Source of the DNA: Anaeramoeba ignava BMAN
Taxonomy: Eukaryota > Protista > Anaeramoebae
Reading direction: 5' to 3'
DNA length: 64,000 nucleotides
Assembly (NCBI GenBank): GCA_028826165.1
Contig: JAPDFW010000081.1
Location: 186,001 to 250,000, forward strand
The notes under the pieces are model-generated. The model was not told the DNA's origin, ran no database searches, and worked only from the letters and a program-made list of their open reading frames with translations. This document shows, in pieces, positions 51,651 to 63,896 of this stretch (positions are counted from its first letter, which is position 1; each line of letters begins with the position of its first letter). The position numbers and the translations under genes were made by a program.

Positions 51651-51989
51651 TTTATTAAAAAAAGAAAACCAATTTTTTAAATTAAAAGTTTTGTTTTTTT
51701 TTGTTTTTTGTTTTGTTTTGTTTTTTGTTTTATTTTTAAAAAAAAGAAAAATTGATCGCCAGCTGTTAAATTAAAAATTTTTGATTTTTTTTTAAATTTA
51801 ATTTTTATTAATTTTTAATACATTTTAAAACCGATCTCATGACTTTTTTCTTATTTAAAAAATTAAATAAAAAAATTTTTTTTTTTATTTTTCATTTTTC
51901 ATTTTTTCTTTCTAAATTAAAAAACAAAGAAAATTTTTTTTTTTTAATATTTTAATTATTTAAAAAAAAACAACGAAAAACACAGAAAA

Positions 51990-52760
51990 ATGTTTTGTTT
52001 AAATAATTTTAGTGTCAATCCATTGGATTTATTTGATAACGATCAACAAAATTTATTATATGATTTTGATATACCAGAAGAAAATAACACAGAAGAAAAT
52101 CAAAACGAAACATTAAGTAAAAAAAAAATAAAAAAAAAATAATAAGTTTTCATTCTCATTTTTTTAAAAAAAAATTAAAAGTGTCAACTTTTTCAATTTC
52201 AACAAACAAAGACCAACAAGAAATTGAATCACAAGAAACAGAAAAAGAAACAGAAGAAGCAAAAGAAGGACAAAAAGAAAAAAAAACAAGACGCAATTCA
52301 AATCTTCAACAGAAAGTAATGATTGGAAACAAAGAATATGATTTGGGCGGTTATTTAACTAGAGACCAATTAAAGAAACTTACTGAAGAACAAAAGAGAG
52401 CAAGAAGAATGATTAAAAACAGAAAAAGCGCTAGAAAATGCAGAGAAAAAATCAAGAGAAAACTTGATGATCTTGAAATTGAATCTCAAGAAATTAAACG
52501 TTTGAATGTTGATTTAACAAAACAACTTGAAGATTTGAGAAAAGAAAGAGATTCTTTGAAAGTAATTTAGAATAAAATTTATTTTCTAAAAAAAAAACAA
52601 AAAAAAATTTTCTTAATTAATTTTTTTAATTAATTTTTTTGTTTTTTAAAAGTCTGAAATTACTCATTTAAAGACAAAGTTAGTGGAAGCTGCGAATCAA
52701 AAAGAAAGAACCAGCAATCCAGTCTTTTCAAATCAAAATCAATTAAGATATTTTAATTGA
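51990..52760 (+). CDS. bZIP transcription factor; exons 51990-52116, 52182-52561, 52653-52760
   Basis: KRARRMIKNRKSARKCREK basic region followed by a leucine heptad continuing into exon 3. Confidence 0.9.
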
Positions 52761-52984
52761 TTTTTCTTTTTTTACTTTTTTTTTTAATTTTTTTTTACTT
52801 GAAATTTTTTTTTAATTGAATTTGGAATTTTTTTTGTGTGCAACTATTGAAATTGAAGATTATGTTTGAGATTCTATTGGTAATTATGGTTGTTTTAACA
52901 GAGTTTAGTTGCTAGTTTAGTTTATTTTTTTTTGGGTTTAGTTGAAATAAATAGTTAAAAAAAAATATTATTTTTTTTACAATT

Positions 52985-54150
52985 TCAACAAAATCAAAAC
53001 AAAATTTAAAATGAAATTTAAAAGGAAATTTAAAAGGAAATTTAAAACAAAATTTAAAGGAAATTTAAATCAAATTTAAAACAAAATTAAAAGGAAATTT
53101 AAAAGTAAATTTAAAATTTAAAGTAAATTTAAAAGTATCAAAAATTTAAAAGGAAAATTTAAATCAAAATTTAAAGTAAATTTTAAAATCAAAATTTAAA
53201 ACAAAATTTAAATCAAAATTTAAAAATTAAAACAAAATTAAAAAGGAAATTTAAAAGGAAATTTAAATCAAAAATTTAAATCAAAATTAAATCAAAATTT
53301 AAAATGAAATTTAAAACAAAATTTAAAAGGAAATTGTTTTATTGAAGGAATTAAACTCAAAAAGTAAAAGTAAAAGTAAAAGTAAAAGTAAAAGTAAAAA
53401 AAAAGAAAAAGAAAAAAAGAAAATTTAAAATTTAAAAAATTTCTTGTTTTTGTTGTTGTTTTGTTCTTGTTTTTGTTCAATATACAAAATTAAAAATTTA
53501 ATTTTTATTGATTTAAAATTTGATTTTGATTTAAATTCAAAATTTAAAATTTATTTGAAATTTAATTTAATTTGATTTTAATTTGATTTTAATTTGATTT
53601 AATTTGATTTAATTTAAATGATTTTGTTGATTTTTTTTTTTTTGTTCTTGTTTTTTTTTTTTGATTTTTTTTAATTTGATTTAATTTGATTTAATTTAAA
53701 TTTTAATTTGATTTTTTTATTTAATTTTTTTAATTTGAATTTATTTATTTGATTTAATTGATTTGATTTAAATATTTAATTTTGATTTGATTTTAATTTG
53801 ATTTTAATTTAAATTTGATTTGATTTAATTTAAATATTTAATTTGAATTGAATTTAATTTGATTTTAATTTAATTTAATTAATTTAATTTAATTTAATTT
53901 AATTTAATTTAATTTGATTTAAATATTTGATTTAAATATTTAATTTAATTTAATTTAATTTGATTTAAATATTTAATTTAATTTAATTTAATTTAATTTG
54001 ATTTAAATATTTAATTTAATTTGATTTAATTTGATTTGATTTGATTTGATTTAATTTGATTTGATTTGATTTGATTTAATTTGATTTAATTTGATTTAAT
54101 TTGATTTAATTTAAATTTGATTTGATTTGATTTAAATTGAATTTAAATAT
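52985..54150. repeat. Low-complexity tract, A-rich (AAATTTAAA) then T-rich (ATTTG/ATTTA)
   Basis: Read directly. Confidence 0.8.
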
Positions 54151-54172
54151 TATTTTTTTTGCATTTGAAATG

Positions 54173-55393
54173 TTACATAGTTGTTATACCAGAATAATCA
54201 ACATAGATAACTTTTCCTTCATAACCAGCTTCTTTCAAAATTTTTTCAAGATCTGGATGAACAGAAATAATAAGACACTTGCCATTATGACGCTTTCCCA
54301 AATTTAAGAAATTAGTTATATAACCATGTTGTTGTTGGTCAGTAATAGGGATGATTTGGAAACCTTCCTCTTTTAAGAATTGGGAAAATTCGACTTCTCG
54401 TTTCAATTCATATTTATGAGAATCCTCGTTTTGAACATATTCGCGAACAATTCTTGGAATTTTAGAAGTATTCCCAATAACAGTATCAAGTAAAACGACT
54501 CTAGATTCATCAGCAATATTGAAAATAGTATCAAGATGCATATGCTGGATATTCATGTCAAATTCATCATAAACAACAGCGAGTCTGCGCGAACCGAGAA
54601 GATCATTCTCCATTAAGTAATTCGCGCCTTGCATATTTGTATAAAAACCAACACCAAGGAAAGCAAGGTCTCGACTAAAAGGGATAAAATCTCCACCTTC
54701 CAAACGAGCGGGAGATGGAACCTCTCCAATAATTGGGATGCCGAGAATCTGGAAAAAGATCTTCATGAGCTCAGTCTCTGGAGTTCTTTGACGAGAACCG
54801 AAATTCCCAAGAACAAGACCTTTTGCTGTCACAATTTGCTGGTCGCGAGTGAATAACAAATTTGCACTTGGTCGGTTTATAACATGGGTCGCTTCAAGAT
54901 CTGTCGTCATATTGATAATCACTGTCGGTTGCTCAAATATAATATCAATAAGTTGCTTTTTTGACATTTTGCGAAGATTATCCCGTTTGTGTTCGTCTGA
55001 CAGGTAATATAACAGTTTTTCTGGCACTTCTTTTGAATCCTTTGCAAGTTGATATTGAAGAAAATTAAATGCAATTTCTTCTAGTTTTTCATGGCTTAAT
55101 TTCCGGAAAACTTTGTCAATTTTCACAACTTTTACTCCTTCTTTTGTCATTACTTTCACAAATTTCTTATGCGATTTTTTTGCTACTTCAGAATTTGGTG
55201 TTTCTTCATAAAGAAATCCTTTTGGATGATATCCGAATTTTGCTGCTGTTTTTGGTGTTTTCACTATTACAAGTTCTGCTGGATCAAGTTCACTAACTTG
55301 TTGAAATTTTTCGAGTTTTTTGGAATCTGAAACGAGAAAAATAAGACCGAAAAAAAGAAAAAGAGAAATGGAAATATGAAAAGAAAAACTCAT
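54173..55393 (-). CDS. Arginine deiminase family protein with N-terminal signal peptide; C-terminal catalytic-Cys segment not found
   Basis: HPKGFLYE, NLLFTRDQQI, RLEGGDF, QHMHLDT, TNFLNLG, VDYSGITTM then stop (or an AT|GTAAC donor). Confidence 0.85.
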   Translation of the reverse strand: MSFSFHISISLFLFFGLIFLVSDSKKLEKFQQVSELDPAELVIVKTPKTAAKFGYHPKGFLYEETPNSEVAKKSHKKFVKVMTKEGVKVVKIDKVFRKLSHEKLEEIAFNFLQYQLAKDSKEVPEKLLYYLSDEHKRDNLRKMSKKQLIDIIFEQPTVIINMTTDLEATHVINRPSANLLFTRDQQIVTAKGLVLGNFGSRQRTPETELMKIFFQILGIPIIGEVPSPARLEGGDFIPFSRDLAFLGVGFYTNMQGANYLMENDLLGSRRLAVVYDEFDMNIQHMHLDTIFNIADESRVVLLDTVIGNTSKIPRIVREYVQNEDSHKYELKREVEFSQFLKEEGFQIIPITDQQQHGYITNFLNLGKRHNGKCLIISVHPDLEKILKEAGYEGKVIYVDYSGITTM

Positions 55394-55506
55394 TTTAAAA
55401 TGAAAAATGAAAAAATGAAAAATGAAAAAATGAAAAATGAAAAATGAAAAATGAAAAATGAAAAAATGAAAAATTTTTTAATTCATTTAAAATCAAAACA
55501 AAATAA

Positions 55507-57045
55507 TCAATCTTTTTTGCTTGAATTTTTTTCGATCCATTCATGTTTCAACACATTTTCCAAAGGAATTCTTTTAGAAGGATCTCTAACGAGTAACTTC
55601 TTAATCAAATCACGAGCATCTGAAGAAAGAGTTTTTGGAAGATGAAGTTTAGCATCAACAATTTTTCGATAAGTTTCATTTTGACATTTTGCTTCAAAAG
55701 GTGGATTTCCAATAAGAAGTTCATACATTAAAACACCAAGTGACCAAACATCAACCATCTCATTGTATTCCTTTCCCGCAATCATCTCAGGAGGCAAATA
55801 GTCCAGTGTTCCACACATTGTGAGTCTTGTGGAATCTGGAGAAACAGCAGACCATCCGAAATCAGCTATTTTTAATTCTCCGTCATTTCCAATCAAAATA
55901 TTTTCAGGTTTGAGATCTCGGTGGATAACCTTCTTGGAATGACAGTAAAGAAGAGCACTTGCCACGGATCGTATGTATCGAGCTGTTGTTTTTTCGTCAA
56001 ATTTTCCTCTCTTGCCTAATTCCTTATAAAGATCTCCATTTCCTGCATATTCAAGTATTAAATACACACATTTTTTATCGTAAAAGTATCCGTAAAGTCG
56101 CAAAATATTTGGATGGCGGAGATGTGATTGGATTTCTATTTCCCGTTTTGATTGATGAAGAATCCCATCTCGATGCAAAGCACTTTTCATTAAAACTTTT
56201 AAGGCCACAATATATTTACTTTGTTTTTCACGAGCCAAATAAACATATCCGAATTTACCTTTTCCAAGAGGATTTCCAATTTCAAAATCTGATATTTGCC
56301 ATCTTTTTTTTTGGTTATTTTTTTGATTATCTTTATCTTTATCTTTATCTTTATCTTTATCTTTATCTTTATCTTTTTCTTTTTCTTTATCTTTATCTTT
56401 TTCTTTTTCTTTTTCTTTTTCTTGATTATTTTCTTTTTCTTTTTCTTTTTCTTTTTTGATTTGAGTAACTTGATTTGGAGAATTAGAGTTCATATCCTTA
56501 TTAATATCTTTATTAATATCTTTATTCATATCTTTATTAATATTTAAATTAATATTCAATTTGGGTTTTTGTTTTGATTTCTCAATAAATGATGAGGTTT
56601 TATTTTTTTTGATAATATTTTTTCCTGTATTATAATTCGAATTTGGAATCGAATTCGAAATTGAATAAATTGGTTTGATTCGGATCGGTGGCTTTGATTT
56701 GATTATTTGCTTTTGTTCTTTGCTTTTGGTTTGAGTATTTTGATTTCCTTTTTCTTCATTTGTTTTGATATTCGGAAAATTCGTTAAAAATTTCTTCGAT
56801 TTTATTTGTTGTGTTTCTTTTTTAATAATTGAACTTTGTTTTTGTTTTTGTTTTTGATTTAAATTTGAAAGAGAACTAAAAACAAAATTACAAAATTAAA
56901 TAATAAAATAAAATTGGTAATTTTTCTTTTTGATTTACCGATTTGGAAAATTAATTTTTTCATTTTCGTTATTAGGATTTACAAGACTTTTTGGAATTAA
57001 AATTTTTTGTTTAAAAGGAAGAATTAAACCAGATTTATTAGTCAT
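55507..57045 (-). CDS. Aurora-family kinase; exons 57045-56939 and 56875-55507
   Basis: [62 protein letters not shown]. Confidence 0.93.
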
Positions 57046-57496
57046 TTTAAAATTAATTGATAAAAAGAAATGAGTTAAAAAAAAATGAATGAAAAAATTT
57101 AAATGAAAAAATTTAAAAATCATTTAGAGACGTTAAAAAAAAAAAATTATCCGTTTAAAATAAATAAAAATTAAATTAAAAAATTAAATTAAAAAAAGTG
57201 GAACAAAATTTTTTGTCTTTTCAAAAATAAAAATAAATAGAAAATAAAAGGAAAATAAATAGAAAATAATTTTTTTTTTCTTGAGAATTTATTGAAAAAA
57301 GAAATAAATCAATTAGAAAATGAAAAAGGAAAAAGAGAATTAAAATTTAAATCAAAATAAAAATCAAAATAAAAATCAAAATTAAAATCATTTGCAACAG
57401 TTAAATTTAAAATCATTTGAAACAAAAAGCTTTTCTTTTTCCTTTTCCTTTTTTTGTTTTGTTTTGTTTTGTTTTTGTTTTGTTTTTTGTTGTTTT

Positions 57497-59163
57497 TCAA
57501 AAATCTTTTTGGAAAAAAGCTTTTCTTGAAACAGCAGCATATTTATCAATTCCACCAATAACTTCAATTTCTTTTTCTTCTGAAATTCTTCTTGTAAAAG
57601 GAGCTTCTTTAAAAGTTTTGACACAAACAGCATTTAATTTGCAAACACTTTCAGCAAGAGGAACAAGATTAAGGAAATTTCCAAACGGTTTTCTTTCGAA
57701 AGTGCCATCTAAACCAGCAACAACAACAATTTTGCCTTTATTTGCCAAATCTTCAACAAATTGAACAACATCCAAAAAAAACTGACCTTCATCAACACCG
57801 ATAACATCATAATCTGCAACAATTTCTTTAACGGCAGAAAGATAAGAACCGCATTGCATTGCCTCGAATGTGACATGGTCATGGGTTGTGCAGAACTGCT
57901 TTGTATACCTTGTGTCTTTGTTGTATTTTAACATCAAACATTTTTTTTGTGCAATTCGATACCTTCTCATTCTTCGGATTAATTCCGAAGTTTTACCTCC
58001 AAACATCGGACCTAAAATCAATTGGATTTCGCCTTGGAAGTTGAGATCGGCTTCTTTTTTTTCATCAACTTCCTTTTCTGATTTTCCTTTTTGGAACCAT
58101 TGTTGTCGTGATACTGCGAGGTATTTATCTGTTCCTCCTAACACTTTTTCTTGTGTTTCATTGGTTCTTCTTTTCGAAAAGGCTGCATCTTTTTCCGAAA
58201 CTGCGCATACTGCTAAAAGTTTGTCAAGTTTTTCACTTTTAGGAATTAAACTTACAATTGAATCAAATGGTTTTCTTTCAAATGTAGCATCTAATCCTGC
58301 TACAATAACTATTTTTCCTTGGTTCGCCATTTTTTCGGCGAAATCATCTAAATCTGGGAAAAATTGTCCATCATCAACTCCAACAACATCAACTTGTTTT
58401 GCATTTTTTTCCATTATAAAAATTTGATCAATCCAAAAAGCGTTTTTACACAATCTAATAAAAATATTAATAAAATATTAAATATTAAATAAATATTAAA
58501 TAATAAAATATTGAATAAATATTAAATAAATATTAAATAAATATTAAATAAATAAATAAATATTAAATAAATATTAAATAAATATTGAATAAATATTGAA
58601 TAAATATTAAATAAATATTAAATAAATATTAAATATTGAATAAATAAATGAATAAATATAAATAAAATATTAAATAAATATTAAATAAAATAAATATGAA
58701 AATAAATATTAAATAAATATTGAATAAAATATTAATAAAATATAAATAAATATAAAAAATATTAAATAAATACCCAAATAAATAAATATTAAATAAATAT
58801 TGAATAAAAATATTGAATAAATATTAAATAAATATTAATTAAATATTAAATAAATATTAAATAAATATTAAATGAATATTAATAAAATATTGAATATTGA
58901 ATAAATATTGAATAAATATTGAATAAATATTGAATAAATATTGAATAAATATTGAATATTAATAAAATATATTACCCATCATGTGTACAAAACTCTTTTT
59001 CAATCGGCTCTTTATTCTCTTCTGAATATTTTATTAAAAGTGTTTTTTTTCCACTTATCTCAAATCTTCTCATTCTTCTCAATAATTCATTACTTTTCCC
59101 TGAAAACATTGGTCCAACTATTAATTCAATTCTTCCATCATAAGTAAAATTTTCTACTTCCAT
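57497..59163 (-). CDS. Tandem two-domain thymidine kinase (TK1 type); exons 59163-58976 and 58454-57497
   Basis: Domain 1: GPMFSGKS, VDDGQFF, AGLDATFERKPF, GGTDKY. Domain 2: GPMFGGKT, VDEGQFF, AGLDGTFERKPF, GGIDKY. A phase-2 intron joins in frame. Confidence 0.92.
58458..58970. repeat. 11-bp satellite (AAATATT(A/G)AAT) filling the TK intron
   Basis: Direct tandem repeat. Confidence 0.88.
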
Positions 59164-59324
59164 TATTAAAATTAAAACAAAAAATTAAGTAAAAAAAAGA
59201 ATAAAAAAAAAAAAAAAAAATCTTTCAACCTTTTATACTGAATGTAACGATTTAACGTAAAAAATAATAATCGTTACAAAATTATTAGTAATTCTGTCTC
59301 AAAAAATACTAATAAAAAGGAAAA

Positions 59325-60815
59325 AAAATAATAATTTATTTATAATAATAAAAATAAGAATGAATTATTGATCAAAATAAATCAAAATAAATGAAAATAA
59401 ATGAAATATTTTTATTAAAAATAAATCAATAAAAAAGAGGAATAAAATAAAATTGGGAATTATTATTTATTTATAATTTATTTATAATTTAATTTATAAT
59501 AATAAAAATAAGAATGAATTATTGATCAAAATAAATCAAAATAATTGAAAATAAATGAAATATTTTTATTAAAAATAAATCAATAAAAAAGAGGAATAAT
59601 TTAAATAAATTGGGAATAATTATTTATTTATAATTTATTTATAATTTAATTTATAATAATAAAAATAAAATAAAAATTAATTGATCAAAATCAAAAAAAT
59701 CAAAATAATTGAAAATAAATGAAATATTTTTATTAAAAATAAATCAATAAAAAGAGGAATAAAATAAAATTAGGAATAATAATTAATTTATAATTTATTT
59801 ATAATTTATTTATAATAATAAAAATAAGAATGAATTATTAATCAAAATAGACCAAAATAATTAAAAATAATTGAAATATTTTTATTAAAAATAAATCAAT
59901 AAAAAAAGAGGAATAAAATAAAATTGGGAATTAATAATTTATTTATAATTTATTTATAATTTATTTATAATAATAAAAATAAGAATGAATTATTAATCAA
60001 AATAAATCAAAATAAATGAAAATAAATGAAATATTTTTATTAAAAATAAATCAATAAAAAAGAGGAATAAAAATAAAAATTGGGAATAATAATTTATTTA
60101 TAATTTATTTATAATTATTTATAATAATAAAAATAAGAATGAATTATTGATCAAAAATAAATCAAAATAATTGAAAATAAATGAAATATTTTTATTAAAA
60201 ATAAATCAAAAAAAGAGGAATAAAAAATAAAATTGGGAATTTATTTATAATTTATTTATAATTTATTTATAATAATAAAAATAAAAATTGAATTATTAAT
60301 CAAAATAGACCAAAATAATTGAAAATAATTGAAATATTTTTATTAAAAATAAACCAATAAAAAAAAAGGAATATAAAATAATTATTAATAATAAAAATTA
60401 TAATTAATTTATAATTTATTTATAATTTATTTATAATAATAAAAAAATAAAAATGAATAAAATAAATCAAAATAGATCAAAATAATTGAAAATAAATGAA
60501 ATATTTTTATTAAAAATAAATCAAAAAAGAGGAATAAAATAAAATTGGGAATTATAATTAATTTATAATTTATTTATAATTTATTTATAATAATAAAAAT
60601 AAGAATGAATTATTGATCAAAATAAATCAAAATAATTGAAAATAAATGAAATATTTTTATTAAAAATAAATCAAAAAAAAGAGGAATAGAATAATTTATC
60701 TATAATTTAAATAATAATTAATTTATAATTAATTTATAATTAATTTATAATTTATTTATAATAATAAAAATAAAATTGAATTATTGATCACAATAAATCA
60801 AAATAATTGAAAAAT
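59325..60815. repeat. ~155-bp monomer tandem satellite, ~9.5 copies
   Basis: Anchor GAAATATTTTTATTAAAAATAAA at about 59403, 59557, 59721, 59873, 60028, 60183, 60331, 60498, 60648. Confidence 0.9.
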
Positions 60816-61466
60816 TTAAAAAGAAATTTGCCTTTTGTGGATTTAATTTAAATTTAATTTAAAATTTAATTTAAATTTAATTAAAGTGATCAAACAATTA
60901 CTCATGCTCTCTTTTGGATGTTTGAAAATTTTTATTTAAAATTTTTATTTAAATTTTATTGGGGATCAAATCATCAAGTAAAATCTTAAGTTATTTTTGT
61001 TTAAAATTAGTTAATTTGGAAAAATCTTAATTTTAATTTTATTTTTATTTTTGTTTTTGTTTGTTTGTTTTTTTGGAAATGAGATCAAATCAATAAAAAG
61101 TATTAGAAATTTTGTAATATAGATTTTATTTAGAAGTTTTTTTTGAATTAGTCAAAATCCTGAAGACTTTTTTGTTTTTGTTTTTGTTTTTGTTTTGTTT
61201 TGCTTTTTTCAAGATTTAAAGAAAGGAATTTGATCTTTTTAAAAATAGAAAGATTAGGAAGTGAAAATTGTCGTAAGAAACAAATTTATTTTTAATTAAA
61301 TTCAATTTAAAATTAAATTCAATTTAAAATAAAATTAAAAGCGAAAAAAAAGAGGAAATAAAAGAAAAAAAAAAGAGGAAATTTGTTTTTTTTTTTAAAA
61401 TTCTTTTTGTTCATTTTTTTTTTTAACTAATTTTTTTTTCAGTCAAAAAATTTATTTATCGAACAA

Positions 61467-63368
61467 ATGAAACATCCCTCAAATGAAATTCTGCAAGAAA
61501 ACGACAATTATGAATTAAAAAAAGTTATTAACACAACTGCCTTTACTCCAAAAACAGGACAAGAAACCGAAAAAAAACTACAACAAAATTTCTCAAAAGA
61601 AACACAAAATTCCTTTTTCCCAAACGAAGTTATAAAAAATAAATTGGCTGAAGACAATAAAGATACATTTTCAACAGTTCAATCAAATTTTGCTCTCGGA
61701 AACCAACCTTTTATTTTTTCTACAAAATATAAAAATCCGTTATTAAATTTTAATCAGTTTCAAAATGGGCAAGAAATGACAAATCAAAATTTAAATTCGA
61801 TTTTTTCGTCTCCTTTTCCTTCAGATCCGAATCATTTTCTTTTCTCTAATTTTTTTCCAACTCCATATTTTCTTTATCCAAATTCTTTTTTTCCTGTTAC
61901 TTATTTAACTCCACATTTCCAATTTTTCCAGCAAGAAAATCCTATTGTTCCTCGTTCATATTCGTTTCCTCAGTTATCTTCCAATTTTATTTTCGAAGAT
62001 CTAAATCCAAATCCAAATCCAAATCAAAATCTAACTTCAAATATATCTCCAATTCTAACTTCAATTCCAAATCTAAATCCAAATCCAAATCTAAATCCAA
62101 ATCCAAATCCAAATCCAAATCCAAATTCAAATCAAAATCTAAATCTAAATCAAAATCTAAATCTAAATGAAAATCAAAATCTAAATGAAAATCAAAATCT
62201 AAATGAAAATCAAAATCTAAATGAAAATCTAAATGAAAATTCAAATCCAAATCCAAATCTAAATCAAAATCCAAATCCAAATCAAAATCAAAATTTAAAT
62301 CAAAATCAAAATCAAAATCTAAATCAAAATCAAAATCAAAATCTAAATCAAAATCAAAATCAAAATCAAAATTTAAAAAATTTAAATCAAAATCAAAATC
62401 AAAATCTAAATCAAAATCAAAATCAAAATCAAAATTTAAATCAAAATAATCAATTTCAATATCAAAACCTAAACAAAAGAAAAATACCTTTTTTGGTTAA
62501 TGGAAAATCCAAATCTTTTCCAGAAAATGAAATTCTTCATTCTGAAACAGGCCTTGGATATCTAGTAGAGATTGCTGGGAAGATTCGATCCAAAAGAAAT
62601 TCTGAAAACAAATCTATTCAGAAAACTCCTTTCCAAGATGAAAACATCAAACCAAGTAAATCCCATGATTTATTCACCCCAAATCAACATCTTGAAAATG
62701 ATACTCAAAATAATCCTAATAAAAATGAAGATCTTCAACAATTAGAAGATGATGATCTGAAAGAAAATTATTCTTTTGAATTATATTTTCCAGAAAAAGA
62801 TTATCCAATTCCTCTTGCTGATCTAAAACAAGATGAAGAAGAAGAAAATATTATCAAATCAAAATCAAGAAAAAAAATTCCTTTAATTGTTGATTTCTTA
62901 AGATCCAAAAATTCACATAAAAAAAAATTAAAAAGAAAAAAATTTGCATTTCCAGAAAAGCAAAAAAATTTTGAAAATGATTTGGGATTGTCAGTTCAAG
63001 AAACTACAAAGAAACCCAAAAAAGAAGATTTACCAAATTTTGAAAAATATAAATCGAATTTTTTGTCTCAAATTCGCAATTTTAGAACACCTCATTTAGA
63101 AATTCATCGTGGAGATTGTGTTTTAATGATGACTCAAAATAATCAATATTTATTTGCTTTGGTTGAAGAAATTATCCAAAAACCACTGACAAAGAAAGCT
63201 TATTTATTTGTTCGTTGGTTGATTCCCAAAAACTCAAATGCATTTGGAATTCTTGATGATCGAGTGAATATTGAAAATTTATCAAAAGAAGATTTTCTTT
63301 TTGGAAGTTTTGAACCACAATTACAACCTGCTAGTTCTGTTCTCAGAAAATTACCTTTTACAATGTGA
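61467..63368 (+). CDS. Low-complexity N/Q/P-rich protein with C-terminal BAH-like (GATAD1-type) domain
   Basis: 633-aa ORF; IHRGDCVLM..YLFALVEEI..KKAYLFVRWLIP..FLFG resembles a BAH fold (inference). Confidence 0.6.
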   Translation: MKHPSNEILQENDNYELKKVINTTAFTPKTGQETEKKLQQNFSKETQNSFFPNEVIKNKLAEDNKDTFSTVQSNFALGNQPFIFSTKYKNPLLNFNQFQNGQEMTNQNLNSIFSSPFPSDPNHFLFSNFFPTPYFLYPNSFFPVTYLTPHFQFFQQENPIVPRSYSFPQLSSNFIFEDLNPNPNPNQNLTSNISPILTSIPNLNPNPNLNPNPNPNPNPNSNQNLNLNQNLNLNENQNLNENQNLNENQNLNENLNENSNPNPNLNQNPNPNQNQNLNQNQNQNLNQNQNQNLNQNQNQNQNLKNLNQNQNQNLNQNQNQNQNLNQNNQFQYQNLNKRKIPFLVNGKSKSFPENEILHSETGLGYLVEIAGKIRSKRNSENKSIQKTPFQDENIKPSKSHDLFTPNQHLENDTQNNPNKNEDLQQLEDDDLKENYSFELYFPEKDYPIPLADLKQDEEEENIIKSKSRKKIPLIVDFLRSKNSHKKKLKRKKFAFPEKQKNFENDLGLSVQETTKKPKKEDLPNFEKYKSNFLSQIRNFRTPHLEIHRGDCVLMMTQNNQYLFALVEEIIQKPLTKKAYLFVRWLIPKNSNAFGILDDRVNIENLSKEDFLFGSFEPQLQPASSVLRKLPFTM

Positions 63369-63689
63369 ATTTATAAAAAAAAAGAAGAAGAAAAAAATTT
63401 TTTTTCTTTTTGGAATTCCATTTTTTTTAATTGAATTAATTAATTAACAAAAAAGAAAAAACAAAAAAGAATAAAGAATAAAGAATTTGATATTTTTTTT
63501 ATTTTTCTTATTCAATTTTCAAAAAAAAAAAAATGTTTATTTTTTGAGTTAAATTGATTTTTTTTTTAAAACAAATCAAAATTTTACTGACAAAACAAAA
63601 AACATAAAAAAATGGAAAAATGGAAAATTTGGGAATTTGGAAAATTTAGTTAGATATAGATATAGATAAGATATAGATATAGATATAGA

Positions 63690-63896
63690 TCATGGAGGTG
63701 GAATTGTTGCTCTACATGTTGGACATTCTATTTTAATTTCCATCCATTTTTCTAAACAACTTCGATGAAAAATATGGTTGCAAGGTGTGATCATATAATC
63801 ATTCTCTTTGATTTCATCAAGACAAATTACACAAACATCTTCTTTTAATCTTTCTAAATTAATTGGTCTAAAATAATTATATTTTTCTGGTAAAAA
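63690..63896 (-). CDS. Last exon of a RING-H2 E3 ligase (Tul1/Dsc1/FLY-like C-terminus); gene continues beyond window
   Basis: FLPEKYNYFR..CVICLDEI..YMITPCNHIFHRSCLEKWMEIKIECPTCRATIPPP*, preceded by a TTAG acceptor. Confidence 0.85.
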   Translation of the reverse strand, partial: FLPEKYNYFRPINLERLKEDVCVICLDEIKENDYMITPCNHIFHRSCLEKWMEIKIECPTCRATIPPP

